64,000 bases of DNA from Octopus bimaculoides (taxonomy: Eukaryota), in the NCBI RefSeq assembly GCF_001194135.2, contig NC_068988.1:69040560-69104559 (forward strand), in the 5' to 3' direction. Shown here piece after piece: positions 12,600 to 25,884 of this stretch (positions are counted from its first letter, which is position 1; the number at the start of each line of letters is the position of its first letter). Position numbers and translations under genes: made by a program. Below the pieces are notes generated by a model. The model was not told the DNA's origin, did no database searches, and saw nothing but the letters and a program-made list of their open reading frames with translations.

Positions 12600-13282
12600 T
12601 GTTAATGTATGCAAAATGCAATATTTAGATATACGAAAATTAACACGTCCTTTTATGATACTGATCAGTTATCTCACAGAATCAAAAGTAGTACTATATT
12701 AAATAAGTGCTGTGAGAGAGCTTTATTATCTCATGCAAGAATGTAAACAACAGACGTAAATATTAACTCACCATCAACCAGCAAGTGTTGACCTCTTCAT
12801 TAATGGTCATTTAACATGTAGAACAAACTGATAAAGATTCTCACTGGTGTAAATCTTAACTGACCATCAACCTACAAGTGCTGACCTCTATATTGATGGC
12901 CATTTAATGACTCTGGTAAACCAATTATTACTGCTGCACATACTTAATGTATCTGGCTGCAGACTCAATACAAAAATTAGTCTCAAATATTTTACATTGC
13001 CTTATTTGATTCACATCATTCTTCAAAAATGAACACATGCATGCTCAAACACACACATACACACACACGCTCACGCACAAACACACACACACACACATAC
13101 ACACGTACATGTACACACCTACTACCCACACACTCACCCGTAAAAATGAATACATACACACATACCCCCTACACACACCCTTACATGCACATACAACATG
13201 CACGTAACCCTATATACACATGCACATACATATCCCTAGATACAAACACACATACATATCCCTACATATACACACATGTCTG

Positions 13283-13317
<35 letters not shown>

Positions 13318-13449
13318 ACACTCTAACTCTCCAATTAATTCAGAAGTACAGAATCTTGGCTGCTGTTTCAAGCAGTTTAAGCTACTAGATAGACATTAAG
13401 ATACATTGGACAATGTATCTCTGAGTACATAGTGTCTGGTAATAAGATA

Positions 13450-14200
13450 TGACAGTTAGGACATGATCTTTAGGATTGGATTTACATGTAACTGACAGTT
13501 ATGTGTTTGTATAACCATATCTTAAATTGTGTACATGTGCAACCAAGCACACATCTGAGCATTCTTAGAGACATTTGGTGTTGTAAAACTCCATTTGAAG
13601 ATATTGTCTTTTTAGTTCAGTGTTTTGTTTTAGCTTTAATTTTACAAATAATCTATTTTTAAATGTCATTTATATTCTTAAACTTGTAGCATTTGTGTTG
13701 GAAAGTCCGTGGCACTATCAACCCCTAATTTTGTTTAACTGTTTGTTTGGTTTTTCAAGAAATGTTTAATCTTATTTCATTTACATCTGTTTTATTTTGT
13801 TTGTTATTTTTCTGAGGAGAGCTTTTATTGTCTTTTTGAAGAAATTATGTCCACATTGTTTTATGTTCAATCCTCTTTTGTGACTTTTTGTTTATCTATT
13901 TTTACATTTTGTGTTTTCACCTACCATTTATATATAGCCTTACATCTGCAATTATCATTTCTTCCTCGTTGCACAATGATAGTATAATATGACAGGTTGA
14001 AATTGTTAGGGGTGTGGTGTTTGCACATCTTTTTTTATACTTGTCGTAAAGATATCTAACTTCCTATACATGAATGAGTCTTGACTAGAAGTGCATTAGA
14101 AACATTGTTGTTCTTTTTGATGTTGTAATTCATTATCGTTATTGTTTTTGTTTAGTCTTCCAAGTTCTTTCACACATTCAAGTTTACTCTGACAAATGTA
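13450..14200 (-). mobile_element. Highly degenerate Penelope-like remnant
   Basis: Broken peptides (LSLCNEEEMI..LYINGR; TFKNR; KDNIFKW) resemble PLE thumb and GIY-YIG regions. Confidence 0.25.
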
Positions 14201-14629
14201 GCAGCCCAGTTTCTGCCCTCTATAATAAATATCATGCTGTTGTTGATGCTAGTACTGTTGCTTTTTGTTGTAGTTGTTGTTGTCATTGTTGTTTTTTGTA
14301 TCAGTTTGTTCTTCCTTTACTACTACCAATGGTAGTCAAGCGAGTAATGTTTGAGTCAAGGCCAGAGATTTAACCAGTATTAGGCAGAGGAATCATTCCC
14401 CCTCCTACCACTTCATACACTTTAGTGGATGGGTGTTTTTGGTGTCACCATGATTTTAAATATTAAAATCTATGACATGATGAAGTTTTTGTTGTCAGAG
14501 AGAGTGCCCTTTAGTGTCAAAAATTACTGTCCCCTACTTCACAAAATATCCAAAAACACTAAATAAAAATAACTTATTTCAAACAAAAACAACAAAACTT
14601 TTATGAGCCAAAGTGAAGCACATCCAACA

Positions 14630-15065
14630 CATAACAACAACAACAATAATAATCTCAAATATTGGCACAAGGCCAGCAATTTCAGGGAGGGGGTCAGTCA
14701 ACTGAATCAACCCCAATGTTCAACTGGTATTTATTTTATCAACCCTGAGAGGATGAATGGAAAAACTGACCTTGGTGGAATTTGAACTCAGGACATGAAG
14801 ATGGATGGAAGACCACTATGCATTTTTCCCACTGGCATGCTAATGGTTCTGCCCACTTGCTGCCTTAATTACAGTAACAGTTGTAATAAGACCAGCAGGG
14901 GAAGAGCGTAAGTAAATTACATTAACCCCAGTACTCAACTGGTACTTATTTTATCAACCCCAACAGGATGAAAAGTACAGTTGACCTCTATTAAATTTGA
15001 ACTCAGAATGAGAAGATCGACGAGATATCATTATGCCTTTTGCCTGGTGTGCTACCAATTCTGCC
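14630..15065 (-). mobile_element. Two tandem SINE family B copies
   Basis: caactggtayttattttatcaacccy..aggatgaa..gaatttgaactcag occurs twice. Confidence 0.75.
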
Positions 15066-15066
15066 A

Positions 15067-15097
<31 letters not shown>

Positions 15098-15104
<7 letters not shown>

Positions 15105-15540
15105 ATTTAAGGCAAATAGACCAGATATAGTTGTCAAAGATCATGAAGGAAAAAAATGCTTTCTAATTGATGTATCAATACCGGCAGATGACAACGTTTC
15201 TCTAAAAGAAATGGAAAAACTTTCAAAATACAAAGACCTGGAAATAGAGGTAACTCGAATGTGGAATCTAAAAACAGAAACAATTCCTATCATAGTAGGT
15301 GCCTTAGGTATAATAAAAAAAATATTCAGACAAATGCATTACAAAAACACCAGGACTTACAAATATATATAACATACAGAAAATTGCACTACTGGGCACT
15401 GCACACATCCTACGCAAAACACTTTCAATACAGTAACCATAAGAACACCACAGCAAACCACAGCACATACCCAAGGCGCACAGAGCTGCGCTCGGTAGTG
15501 AAGTGAAAGCACGTTATAAAAATAAAACTACTGAACAATA
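15098..15540 (+). mobile_element. R4/Dong-clade RLE LINE, 5'-truncated 3' end
   Basis: NRPDIVVKDH..FLIDVSIPAD..KEMEKLSKYKDL (PD..D..K endonuclease), then 3' UTR and (TAA)n tail. Confidence 0.85.
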
Positions 15541-15549
15541 ATAATAATA

Positions 15550-15770
15550 AACTAGTGGAATTGTTTGCATGCTGGATGAAATGCTTAGCAGCATTTCATC
15601 TGCCGTTTCATTCTGAGTTCAAATTCCGCTAAGATGAACTTTGCCTTTCAACTTTTCAGGGTCGATTGAATAAATACTAGTTACGCGCTGGGGTTGATGT
15701 AATCGACTTAATCCCTTTGTTTGTCCCCTCTATGTTTAGCCCACTGTGGGCAATAAATAAATAAATAATA
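15550..15770 (+). mobile_element. SINE family B copy (variant tail)
   Basis: ttctgagttcaaattcc..ctttgcctttc core and (TAA)n tail. Confidence 0.7.
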
Positions 15771-15791
15771 ATAATAGTAATAATACTAATG

Positions 15792-16290
<499 letters not shown>

Positions 16291-16329
16291 GAGAGTAAAG
16301 AGTAATAACAGTAATAATTACAATAAAGC

Positions 16330-17060
16330 CAATAAAGAATCCTGGAGATGGTTTAGACAGAGTTTTTTAAAGAAGGAGATGGAAGAACTGAGTTTTGCTG
16401 CTCAAGAACAAGCTTTATGGACTAACTCAGACAAATGTTGCGCAGATCAGACAGCAGCATCAACTTTGTGTAAATTATGTGGAAAATCATATGAGACACT
16501 TAGACATAGAATTAGTGGAAGCTCGAAAGTAGCCCAAAAGGAATACAAAAAACACCATGGCAAAGCGGCAGTGCAAATGCACTAGATGTGCAAGAAGTAT
16601 GGGCAAGAGTGTTCCAGCAAGTGGTAGGATCACCAACCTTTGTCAGTAGCAGCAACTGATCAGATGGAACCCACATGAGATATGCCAATATACACAGTCA
16701 AAACACTGCAACATAACCTTCCGTTGAAGGAGTCCAAAGAATGGACCTGCATCGATGTAATTGTACCTGCAGACCTGCAAAATATTGTTAAGACAGGGGA
16801 TAAGAAAGTCAGCAAGCACCAAGACTTAGGACTGGAAGTGAAAGAATTCACAAAGCCTCAAAAGTGAGTGTGGTAATTTGTGATTGGTGCATTTGGGAGC
16901 ATCTCAAAAAGAGCAATAGTCTGACATCAAAAGTTGAAAATACCAAACTTCTTAGGAAGTATTCAGATGACAGCAATACTTCAAACGGCTCATGTGTTGA
17001 AGAAAGTGTTGCATCTCAAAGCTATGAGATGGAGGTGAGACATGACATAGACATAGATAA
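16330..17060 (+). mobile_element. R4/Dong-clade RLE LINE 3' fragment, degenerate
   Basis: CKLCGKSYETLRHRISG..KEYKKHH zinc knuckle, then IDVIVPAD..KVSKHQDL endonuclease. Confidence 0.75.
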
Positions 17061-17074
17061 ATCAGTTGCTTGAA

Positions 17075-17260
17075 TATAGATGACAACGACGATGACGACG
17101 ACGACAGTGATGATGATGATGATGATGATGATGGGGAGGGGGGAGGAGGAAGAGGAGGAAAGAAGAAGGAGGAGGAAGGGGAGGAAAAGGAAGAGGAAGG
17201 GGAGGAAAAGGAGGAGGAAAAGGAGGAGAAAAGAAGAAGGAGGGAGGATGATGATGATAA
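17075..17260. repeat. (GAT/GAC)n plus (GAG/GAA)n low-complexity tract
   Basis: Seen directly. Explains three overlapping poly-D/E/K ORFs. Confidence 0.9.
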
Positions 17261-17816
17261 TTTTTTAATTTATATATGTATTTGTTCATTTATTTTGCTT
17301 GTTAAACATTTTCCTGTGGTTATTTTAATAGCATTTTAATAGCAGTGTAATGATTTATCACATAAGAAATGTGATCAGCAGAATTTTAAAGTTATACTGA
17401 AATGAGAGTTAACATTAATAAATTAATACCAATTGAACAAATATTAACACTTCGATAGATGGCAAACGCAAAATCTTCATTCCATTTATATAATATATTT
17501 AAAGATCAATTCTAACAGTTCTGTCATGTTAGATCTGTAATTATCACACTAATTGTTGTCGCAGTTCTTATATAATTTAACTGCTCTTCTGATTTGCTAT
17601 CAATTAGATTTTTCACTATTGTTTTGTAAAATTGAGTTTAATTTTCTGTCAAGTTGTTATGTCATGTTCTATTTAAACTTCAATAAGCAGATTACTGAAC
17701 CATTCAACTCATTAGAAAATACTTCAACAAATCCGACAAATGTATTAAAAAGTGATTACTTCCGTTATATTTATGATATCTGCTATTTGATTATTACTGA
17801 TTTCACAAATTTTTAG

Positions 17817-17849
17817 ATATGCAGCAATAAATTTTGAAAGACTGGGCAG
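17817..17849 (+). CDS. Candidate 33-nt exon (R)YAAINFERLG(R), phase 2 to 2
   Basis: tttcacaaatttttag acceptor, CAG|gtgagt donor, single open frame. Confidence 0.6.
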
Positions 17850-18074
17850 GTGAGTGTTAAATCAATCTCAAAATACGATGGTTGGGTGTCTTTTATTTTT
17901 TTGATAAATCATTGTGCTTGGAAAAATAAAAGACAATATTGATGGCAACAAGATTTGATCTTGGAAATATTTAGTGAAGTAACTCACAGCTGCATTTCAT
18001 TTTAACAACCACTCTATCAATCCTGACAACAGACAAATCTATTATTATTATCGTTATCATTGTTATTATTATTA

Positions 18075-18605
18075 TTGAATGAGAGTCCAGCACATGCCAT
18101 CAAAGTGACACTGAGGTACAAATATATGAAGCCATCATGACTACCCCTCTGGGTAGACCAGGCTCATGCATCACAATCATATGTGTGCAACATGGTGATC
18201 TCATATCAAGATAGACAGTGCATGACCTTGCTGTTAGAATTTTCTTCAGGCTAAGTAGCCCATCCCATTCAAAAGGTCCCTGAATAAGGGTTATTTAAGG
18301 AGGATGAACAAAACACACGTTTCCAGAGGTGAATTATTCAAACTTCAAAGAATTCCTCTCAACACATGGCTATGATGTCCCCCCCCCACTACTTCTGCTT
18401 GTGATCAGGGATGCACATATCGTCAGCCACTAAGGAAAATGCTCAACTGGTTACAGTCAAACAACAGACATGCAAATCTGTGGTACTGAGTAGAATATTT
18501 GCTGTAGCCAATTTTTTATATCAAGACAAACATGTATATGATAACACTCCCAATCAGTTAAAATAAGAAACCATGAGAGCCAGTGCCAGGTATGGCATCT
18601 GGGCA
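18075..18605 (-). mobile_element. ~550-bp retroposon family G with (TAA)n tail
   Basis: Reverse-complement homolog of 35051-35620. The same 3' tail recurs at 36735-36820. Confidence 0.75.
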
Positions 18606-18614
18606 TTTATTATT

Positions 18615-19372
18615 ATTATTATTTTATGTTTGACTTTTGTTTTGCATTTGTACAAGTTGGATCCAAGTCTCACCCAGCGACCTCAAGAGACAAGTTAGAA
18701 GTTCATGTAGGTGTTATGCCTAGGGTACCATATATTTGGATTTGTACAGTTTTGTTCAAGTGAATGTTTAAGAAACCATAAGAAAATTATGTGTTTGCTT
18801 TAAAATTTGAGATCACATAGACAGTATTTTACGTAGGATATGGGCAGTTCCCATGAGCACTATCTTTTGAACTTCAGCCATTTTGGGGTTTCCTGGAAAC
18901 TGATCTAGGTAGTAATCAGCCCGTTTCGCTNNNNNNNNNNNNNNNNNNNNNNNNNNNNNNNNNNNNNNNNNNNNNNNNNNNNNNNNNNNNNNNNNNNNNN
19001 NNNNNNNNNNNNNNNNNNNNNNNNNNNNNNNNNNNNNNNNNNNNNNNNNNNNNNNNNNNNNNNNNNNNNNNNNNNNNNNNNNNNNNNNNNNNNNNNNNNN
19101 NNNNNNNNNNNNNNNNNNNNNNNNNNNNNNNNNNNNNNNNNNNNNNNNNNNNNNNNNNNNNNNNNNNNNNNNNNNNNNNNNNNNNNNNNNNNNNNNNNNN
19201 NNNNNNNNNNNNNNNNAGTTTGAATGGTGAAGTTCCAGAGGAGTGCAATGTGATCATTTTCAAGTACTGGGGGTGGTTTGTGTTCCCACCAGTTTTTATC
19301 ATGGGGCAAGTCCAGGTTTTTGCATATTACCCAGTGAATATATTGTGCAGCTCTATCATGCCTGTTGAGATA
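18615..19372 (-). mobile_element. R4/Dong-clade RLE LINE 3' fragment spanning a gap
   Basis: LPHDKNWWEHKPPPVLENDHIALLWNFTIQT, then a 3' UTR. Flanked by (TTA)n on both sides. Confidence 0.8.
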
Positions 19373-19373
19373 C

Positions 19374-19502
<129 letters not shown>

Positions 19503-20129
19503 GGTGGCTAGGTTGTAGAATCATTACTGCCTCAATAAACTCTGCCTGACTCATGCAAGTAAGGAAAAGTAGATGTTAAAATGATGATGATGATGATGAT
19601 GATGAAGATGGTGGTAGTGACAATGACGATGATATATAATATATATATACATGTGTGTATATGCTTATGTCTATAGTGGGGATATGTATCCAAGTAGGTT
19701 TTTGTGCTTTTATTTTATTATATGCATTTGTGAACATAAAAAAACAGGTATAAAAATTTTAACTTTTTCTCTGCAAAGTGTAGGAAAATAAAGTTGAGTG
19801 AAGTTAGATTGACCAACACAATATGTCTTGGACGAATTACCAGCACTAACTGGGCTATGTGCCAGAATGTAAATTACTATCAAGCCAGGTTTTGCTGTGT
19901 CAGCAGAAGAAGTAATATATTCTTGGAAAAGTTTCTTCAATTTATTTCCCTCGGTAACATATATCCAGAAATATATACCACCTCCTCAATAGCTATTGAT
20001 GCTTCTTAGAGACATGATTTTAAATTTCCAGTTTATTTGAACCATATTTTAGTAATGTAAAGTGGTGGATTGAGAAATGAAATATTAGAGTACCAGGCAA
20101 AAGGTTATGTAGTATTTGTTTCAGTAGAG

Positions 20130-20580
20130 CTAAACTCAATATTCTTCTCTACACTAGGCACAAGGCCCGAAATTTTGGGGGAGGAGGCCAGTTGATTAGA
20201 TCGATCCGTGTATGCAACTGGCACTTAATTTATCAACCCCGAAATGGTGAAAGGCAAAGTTGACATCGGTAGAATTTGAAATCAGAACATATAGACAGAC
20301 AAAATACTGCTAAGCATTTTGCCCAGCATGCTAACATTTCTGCCAGCTCGCCACCTTGAGCTAAACTCAATATTATCTTTCATGTTAAGGTGGAGTGCTG
20401 GTAGAATTGTTAGCATGCCAAGTAAAATGTATTGTGGAATTTCATTTGTCTTTATGTTCTGAGTTCAAATCCTGCCGTGGTTCATAAAATAAGTACCAGT
20501 TGAACATTGGGGTCGATGCAATCGACTTATCTCCCCCCTGAAATTGCTGGCCTTGTGTCAACATTTGAAACCAATATTAT
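20130..20580. mobile_element. Head-to-head inverted pair of SINE family B
   Basis: - copy at about 20140-20360 and + copy at about 20385-20575. Confidence 0.75.
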
Positions 20581-20795
20581 CTTTCATCCTTCCAGGGTTG
20601 ATAATGTAAAGTACTAGTTACTTGTAAATATTGGGTTTGGTATAAGTGACTTTCTTTTCTCCAAATTTGTGGACTTGTGCCACCATAAGTTTTATTTTAA
20701 AGTTTTTTTCTCATATCTGTTCTAAATTGTCTTATTTCTGTTTGCATTCTTTTTCACATTCTTCATGTTTATTTTACAACTTGTCTTAACAACAG

Positions 20796-20823
20796 GGGAG
20801 TTCAATATTGTACCACCTTGCAA
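20796..20823 (+). CDS. Candidate 28-nt exon (R)GVQYCTTLQ, phase 2 to 0
   Basis: About 90-nt pyrimidine-rich zone ending aacaacag, AA|gtgagt donor. Confidence 0.55.
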
Positions 20824-20898
20824 GTGAGTTAAACTTTGGACTGCTCCACAGAATCTTTCATGTAACTTAGTCTAGGAATGTATATTCTACTGGAAGTA

Positions 20899-21778
20899 CG
20901 AGGTGGTATCAAAAGGTTCCTGGCCTAGTTATGCTTAATAAAAAAATAACTTATTTACCTAAGTTTTAACATTATCTCCTCTGAAACAGTCACCTTGTGC
21001 AGCAATACACCCGTCCCAGCATTCCGGCCACTTTTGGAATCCGGCATGGAAGTTGTTTTCCATAAGCGAATCTAAGGCTTTCTATGATTTGCTCTTGATC
21101 GCAACAACAGTGTTAAAACAGTGACCTTCGAGCTGCATTTTCATCTTGGGGAAGAGATGAAAGTCTGCAAGTGCTAAACCTGGCGAATAGGACAGGTGCA
21201 GAAGTGATGCCATGTTGTTTTTGGCGAAAATCTAATGAGTGAGGAGACCTCAGTGACAAGGTGCCTTAACGTCATGATTCAATCCCTTTCACTGAATATC
21301 CCTCTTCAAATGCTTCAAAACATCACAGTAGAACTCTCAACTGATAGTCTGGCCCTGGGGGTAAAATTCTTGATGCCTAATACCACAGATGTTGAAAATA
21401 CGATGAGCATGCTCTTGATTGAGCTGTGGTTCTTTAGTGCACCCACACCACTTGAAACATTGTGTACAACCCATTGCTTCATTCCTGTAAGCTTGCCAAA
21501 GCATACTCAATGTCTCTGTGGCAGACTTCCCAAGTTTTATGCAAGATTTCTCGTTGGCTCTTTGTTCCAGCTTCCTGTCCATGACAAAAATTGCAGATTA
21601 CAGCATACGCATGATCACAAAAACATAAATTTCACAACTTGCAAAGTAAACACAACAATGTCACTTGGCACACTGCCTCATAAAGATCCCTGATAGCTCA
21701 CACTGTGCACACAACTGTATGGGACTACCTGTAGGTATGCTACAGAACTAATCCTGTAAACTTTTTAATAGCACCTCA
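20899..21778 (-). mobile_element. Mariner transposon, internally deleted
   Basis: TA|CGAGGTGGTATCAAAAGGTT left TIR and a matching degenerate right TIR. Transposase N-terminus MDRKLEQRAN..IKLGKSATETLSML, QEFYPQGQTIS and degenerate C-terminal motifs. Confidence 0.85.
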
Positions 21779-21853
21779 AATTGTTGTTTATTACACCATA
21801 ATGCTTTTCATCATATCTACAGCTAAATACTTGGTTTTAAAATTTGGCTGTAG

Positions 21854-21885
21854 TTGCTCTCAAACATTGACCTTGTAGAAACAGA
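21854..21885 (+). CDS. Candidate 32-nt exon LLSNIDLVET(E), phase 0 to 2
   Basis: ttggctgtag acceptor, GA|gtaatg donor, phase-compatible with 20823. Confidence 0.4.
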
Positions 21886-22629
21886 GTAATGCTGTCTGTA
21901 CCAACTAGGGTTGTTATCTATCATGAGTTTCTGAAATTGTTATGGCCATTCTAAAAGCTTAATATTTAATACCATAACACAGCAAATTTGAAAAACTAGT
22001 CTCAAACGGAATGTCAACACGGTCTCTCAGGATGCAAAAGAGATAGCCTTTTTTTACTCCCTTTTTTGATAGGTGGAGGGGTCACATATATTGTTGATAC
22101 ATTACAATAAATATCTAATGCAAGGATTGCAGTTAATATATTCAAAACTACACCTGACACTATATATAAATACAGAAAAAACATCATAAAATGAGAGATG
22201 TAAAGGCACAAAAAGGAAGAAATAGAACAAATACTGAAATGGGAAATTCATGACATCCACAACACAGCAAATGATGTGGAAGATCCTGAAACAGGTTCAA
22301 TGATGAGCAATTTAACTGTTTGATCAACTGAAATACCTACCCATTAAATTAATATGTATGTGTAGTCCATGAACATGTGTATCCTTTATACAATTCTTCA
22401 ACTGAATTACATTAGAAGGCTGGGCAGTAAAAGTACTGGCACATTCCATTTTATGGGCTTCCCATAGTTTCTGTCAAACACTTGCAATAAAAGCTGGCTA
22501 ATTTATTATCTGTAAGAACCTCAGAAGTTCCCTCCATTTCACTATTTCCCTCACTGATGTTTAACCATTAACTTACTCCAGTTAACTTTAACAAATACAG
22601 TGGAGTAAAACATCAGTGGGCAATATCTT

Positions 22630-23040
22630 TTACTTGTTTCAGTCCTTAGACTGTGGCCATGCTGGAGCATCACCTTCAAGGATATTTTATTGAATGAACT
22701 GACCCCAGTACTTAATTTTCATTAAGCCTGGTATTTATTCTATTGATCTCTTTTGCTGAACTACTAGGCTATTAGGACATAAACGCACCAACACCAGTTA
22801 TCAAGTGGTAGTAGGGGACAAACACACACACACACACATGTGCACGCATGTGCACGCACACACACACATGTGCACACATGCACGCACGCATATGACAGGT
22901 TTCTTTCAATTTCCATCTACCAAATCCACTCAAAAGGCTTTGGTTAGCCTGAGGCTATAGTAAAAGATGCCACACAGTGGGACTAAACCTGTAGCCATAT
23001 GGTTGAGAAGCAAGAGTCTTACCATGCAGCCATGCTTGCT
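22630..23040 (-). mobile_element. SINE family A copy
   Basis: Family A tail, internal (CA)n and head motifs on the - strand. Confidence 0.75.
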
Positions 23041-23071
23041 TGCTTATGATATTTTTCTTTTCTTATTTTAG

Positions 23072-23140
23072 TTTGTAGAGAATATTCCATATTGTCATAT
23101 TTGCAGTATCACAGTGGTTTGAACACAGATCCTCAAATTG
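23072..23140 (+). CDS. Candidate exon (C)REYSILSYLQYHSGLNTDPQI; acceptor 23072 or 23079, possible GC donor
   Basis: Very strong tttttcttttcttattttag acceptor and an open frame. The donor G|gcaatt is non-canonical. Confidence 0.3.
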
Positions 23141-23736
23141 GCAATTTATTTATTTTTTTCTTGACAACTGTCTAACACCAGACAAGCTTGCATCAACAGA
23201 CATGCCAATGTCTTAACTTTACAATCAACTGGTGTAATAATCTGTCATTCCATAAGATGCAGAGAATCAGTGATGCATGCAAAACGAAGTATGCATCATC
23301 ACTTTCTTATCAAGCAGCTTCTATGGTTACTCTCTCAGCAGATGTGTCTATATCATCGTTTTTCAGAACACTTCTTTGAATAGATTTGTTTTGTTCACTT
23401 TTACTTTGTTTTATATGAGAATATTGTTTTCCTAATGTCAAACTTGAAATGTTATATCATATGTACTTTGCAAAATGGTTATTATAGTTTGCTGAGCTAC
23501 ATGGATTTATCAAACAGTAGAAAATACTAATAAAGCCATTGTTAAATATTATCCTGCAGTTTTGTTTATCATAGACTAAATTTATTATTTCTCTGTAAGT
23601 TCTTCAGTATATACGAAGTTGAATGTTTATGTAGTTTATGCCATCTCTATGTCTGGCCCAGAGTCAAATGTTTTTATTGGCTGTTTCCGTATATGGGCCA
23701 TCAGTGAAGTCATAAACATACAGTGAAAGAAATTCA

Positions 23737-23975
23737 TCATCATCATCATCATCGTTTAACGTCCACTTTCCATGCTAGCATGGGTTGGACGATTTGACTG
23801 AGGACTGGTGAACCAGATGGTTACACCAGGCTCGAATCTGATTTGGCAGAGTTTCTACAGCTGGATGCCCTTCCTAACGCCAACCACTCCGAGAGTGTAG
23901 TGGGTGCTTTTACGGGCCACCAGCATGAAGGCCAGTCAGGCGGTACTGGCAACGACCATGTTCAAAATGGTGTAT
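23737..23975 (-). mobile_element. SINE/RTE-tail family E copy
   Basis: Reverse complement reads gttggcgttaggaagggcatccagctgtagaaa..gctagcatggaaagtggacgttaaacga(tga)n. Confidence 0.8.
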
Positions 23976-23989
23976 TGTCTAATAATAAT

Positions 23990-24256
23990 AATAATCCTTT
24001 CTACTACAGGCATAAGGCCTGAATTTTGGGGGAGTGAGATAGTCAATAAATCAGTCAATGAATTAAGTACCAGTTGTGTATTGAGGTTGATCTAATCGAC
24101 TGGCCCCCTCCCCCAAAATTTCGGGCCTTGTGCCTTGAGCAGAAAAGAAGAATAATGCCTGAGGTCCTTGTTGGGACTTCACAGACAGTGCAAAACCCTA
24201 GTACCACACAATATCTTTAATCAACGTCACAACATTGGATACTGTGTGACTCCTTA

Positions 24257-24289
<33 letters not shown>

Positions 24290-24575
24290 CATAATAATAA
24301 TAACGACAACAACAACAATAATGATACTAATAATAACAATGATAATACTAATAATCCTTTCTACTATAGGTACAAGGCATGAGATGTTTGGGGAGGGAGG
24401 TCAGTCGATTAGATCGACCCCAGTAGGCAACTGGTACTTAATTTATCGACCTCTCCAAAAGGATGAACGGCAAAGTCGATCTCAGCAGAATTTGAACTCA
24501 GAATGTAGCGACAGGAAAAATACCGCTAAGCATTTCGTCCAACATGCTAGCAATTCTGCCACCTCTCCGCTTCAA
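23990..24575. mobile_element. SINE family B cluster in (TAA)n: back-to-back tail chimera (23990-24140) and a - copy (24350-24575)
   Basis: cctttctacta..aggcctgaa tails in both orientations, separated by (TAA)n/(CAA)n. Confidence 0.7.
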
Positions 24576-24858
24576 TAATAATACTAGTAATAATAATAGT
24601 AATAATAATAATGATAATAATAATAGACAAGAGAAGAGTGCAATGAGACTGCAATAGATATTTTGTTGATTGAATATTTTGATAGTGAGCTGTCTTTATC
24701 GAGTTCAAAAGGAAAAGTGATAAGAATTCAAAATTATAGAAATTCAAATCTAAAATATGAACAAGAGTAACCAGCATCCACACGTTGATAGAATGATATC
24801 ATCAGTCTTCAAGTTTTAATTTTACAACTGGCAAAAAGAAAAAGAAAGAAAACAAGAG

Positions 24859-25485
24859 GGATCTAGTTCAAAACGGGGGCACCAGTTTTCATTTATGTTT
24901 TATGTAGTGTTTTTGGTACCGAAAGACTTTCAAACTTCGTATACTTATCTATTTTGTGTTATAGAACAGAAAAAAAATTTTGTATTCGAAGTTATTTCAT
25001 GCAACAAATTGTCTTATTTCGATAATTTCAACCAATCACTGACAAGTATTCAGCTGTTTACAGTTACTCCTTTGGCAGTTTAAGCGATTCCTTTGGCCTT
25101 GTGCCTATAATAGAAAGGTTTATTAGCTACTGCCAATATGCTTCAGCCATTTTTTGACAAGGAAATAATAATTTTATCACCGCCNNNNNNNNNNTATGCT
25201 TCAGCCATTTTTTGACAAGGAAATAATAATTTTATCACCGCCAGAATCGTTTAAGAATCGTTTGTTTACGTAGTCAGCACTTACTGTATTCGGCTGAATG
25301 GAGGTCAGTCATTGGTTGAAATTACAGAAATACGACAACTTTAACATGAAATAAGTTACAATATAATATTTTTTCTTAAGAAGACTAAGAGAAAAAGATG
25401 TTTTATATGACACATTCTACCAGTGTCCCAAGTTTCAAAGTGTTTCGTTAAGAGAATACTGGCGCCCCCGTTTTGAACTAGATCC
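24859..25485. mobile_element. Non-autonomous DNA transposon with 28-bp TIRs and 8-bp TSD (Merlin-like by inference)
   Basis: GGATCTAGTTCAAAACGGGGGC(A/G)CCAGT TIRs with 1 mismatch. Flanks aacaagag and aaaaagag. Internal inverted repeat aatttcaaccaat(c/g)actgac. Confidence 0.85.
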
Positions 25486-25520
25486 AAAAAGAGAGGAAAA
25501 ATGGAAAGAAAAAAGAATAT

Positions 25521-25853
25521 TTAATCAAACAGTTTTGTGTAAATTTGATTAAATTCTTCTGGTATTTTATTCATTCCTCCAGGGCGTGATGTTAATAACC
25601 CACAAACATATTTCTCCTCATGCATTTTGAGTATTGAAAGTGTATCAGATTCAGAATATTTTCTGAGAATATGCACTTTGAAGTCTTTTTCAAAATTGCA
25701 GCTATTTGATGCAAAATGTTTGGCAAGATATTTTGAACTACTGTTATTGTGCCTGATGTCATATCTATGCCCATAAAATCTTTTGTTTAATTGTTCCATT
25801 GTACAACCAATATAAATCAAGATGTGTTTCATGCATTCTGGTGCATACACCAA
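25521..25853 (-). mobile_element. Penelope-like element GIY-YIG endonuclease fragment (open, 5'-truncated)
   Basis: VYAPEC..IYIGCTMEQLNKRFYGHRYDI..LAKHF..EEKYVCGLLTSRPGGMN. Confidence 0.85.
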
Positions 25854-25884
25854 ATGGGAATCTGTACATGTCTCATTATTATTA

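Noticed and set aside
19780-20010. Overlapping 71-76 aa ORFs on both strands
   Set aside because: No consistent splice pair or recognisable motif.
22548-22617. Small bulged hairpin (cactgatgttt..ttactcca / tggagtaaaacatcagtg)
   Set aside because: A 10-nt bulge and long loop are unlike a pre-miRNA; probably a MITE relic.
25137-25242. Exact tandem duplications flanking gaps (also 9380-9510, 27878-28430, 35615-35900)
   Set aside because: Each pair is separated by an N-run, typical of unmerged contig overlaps.
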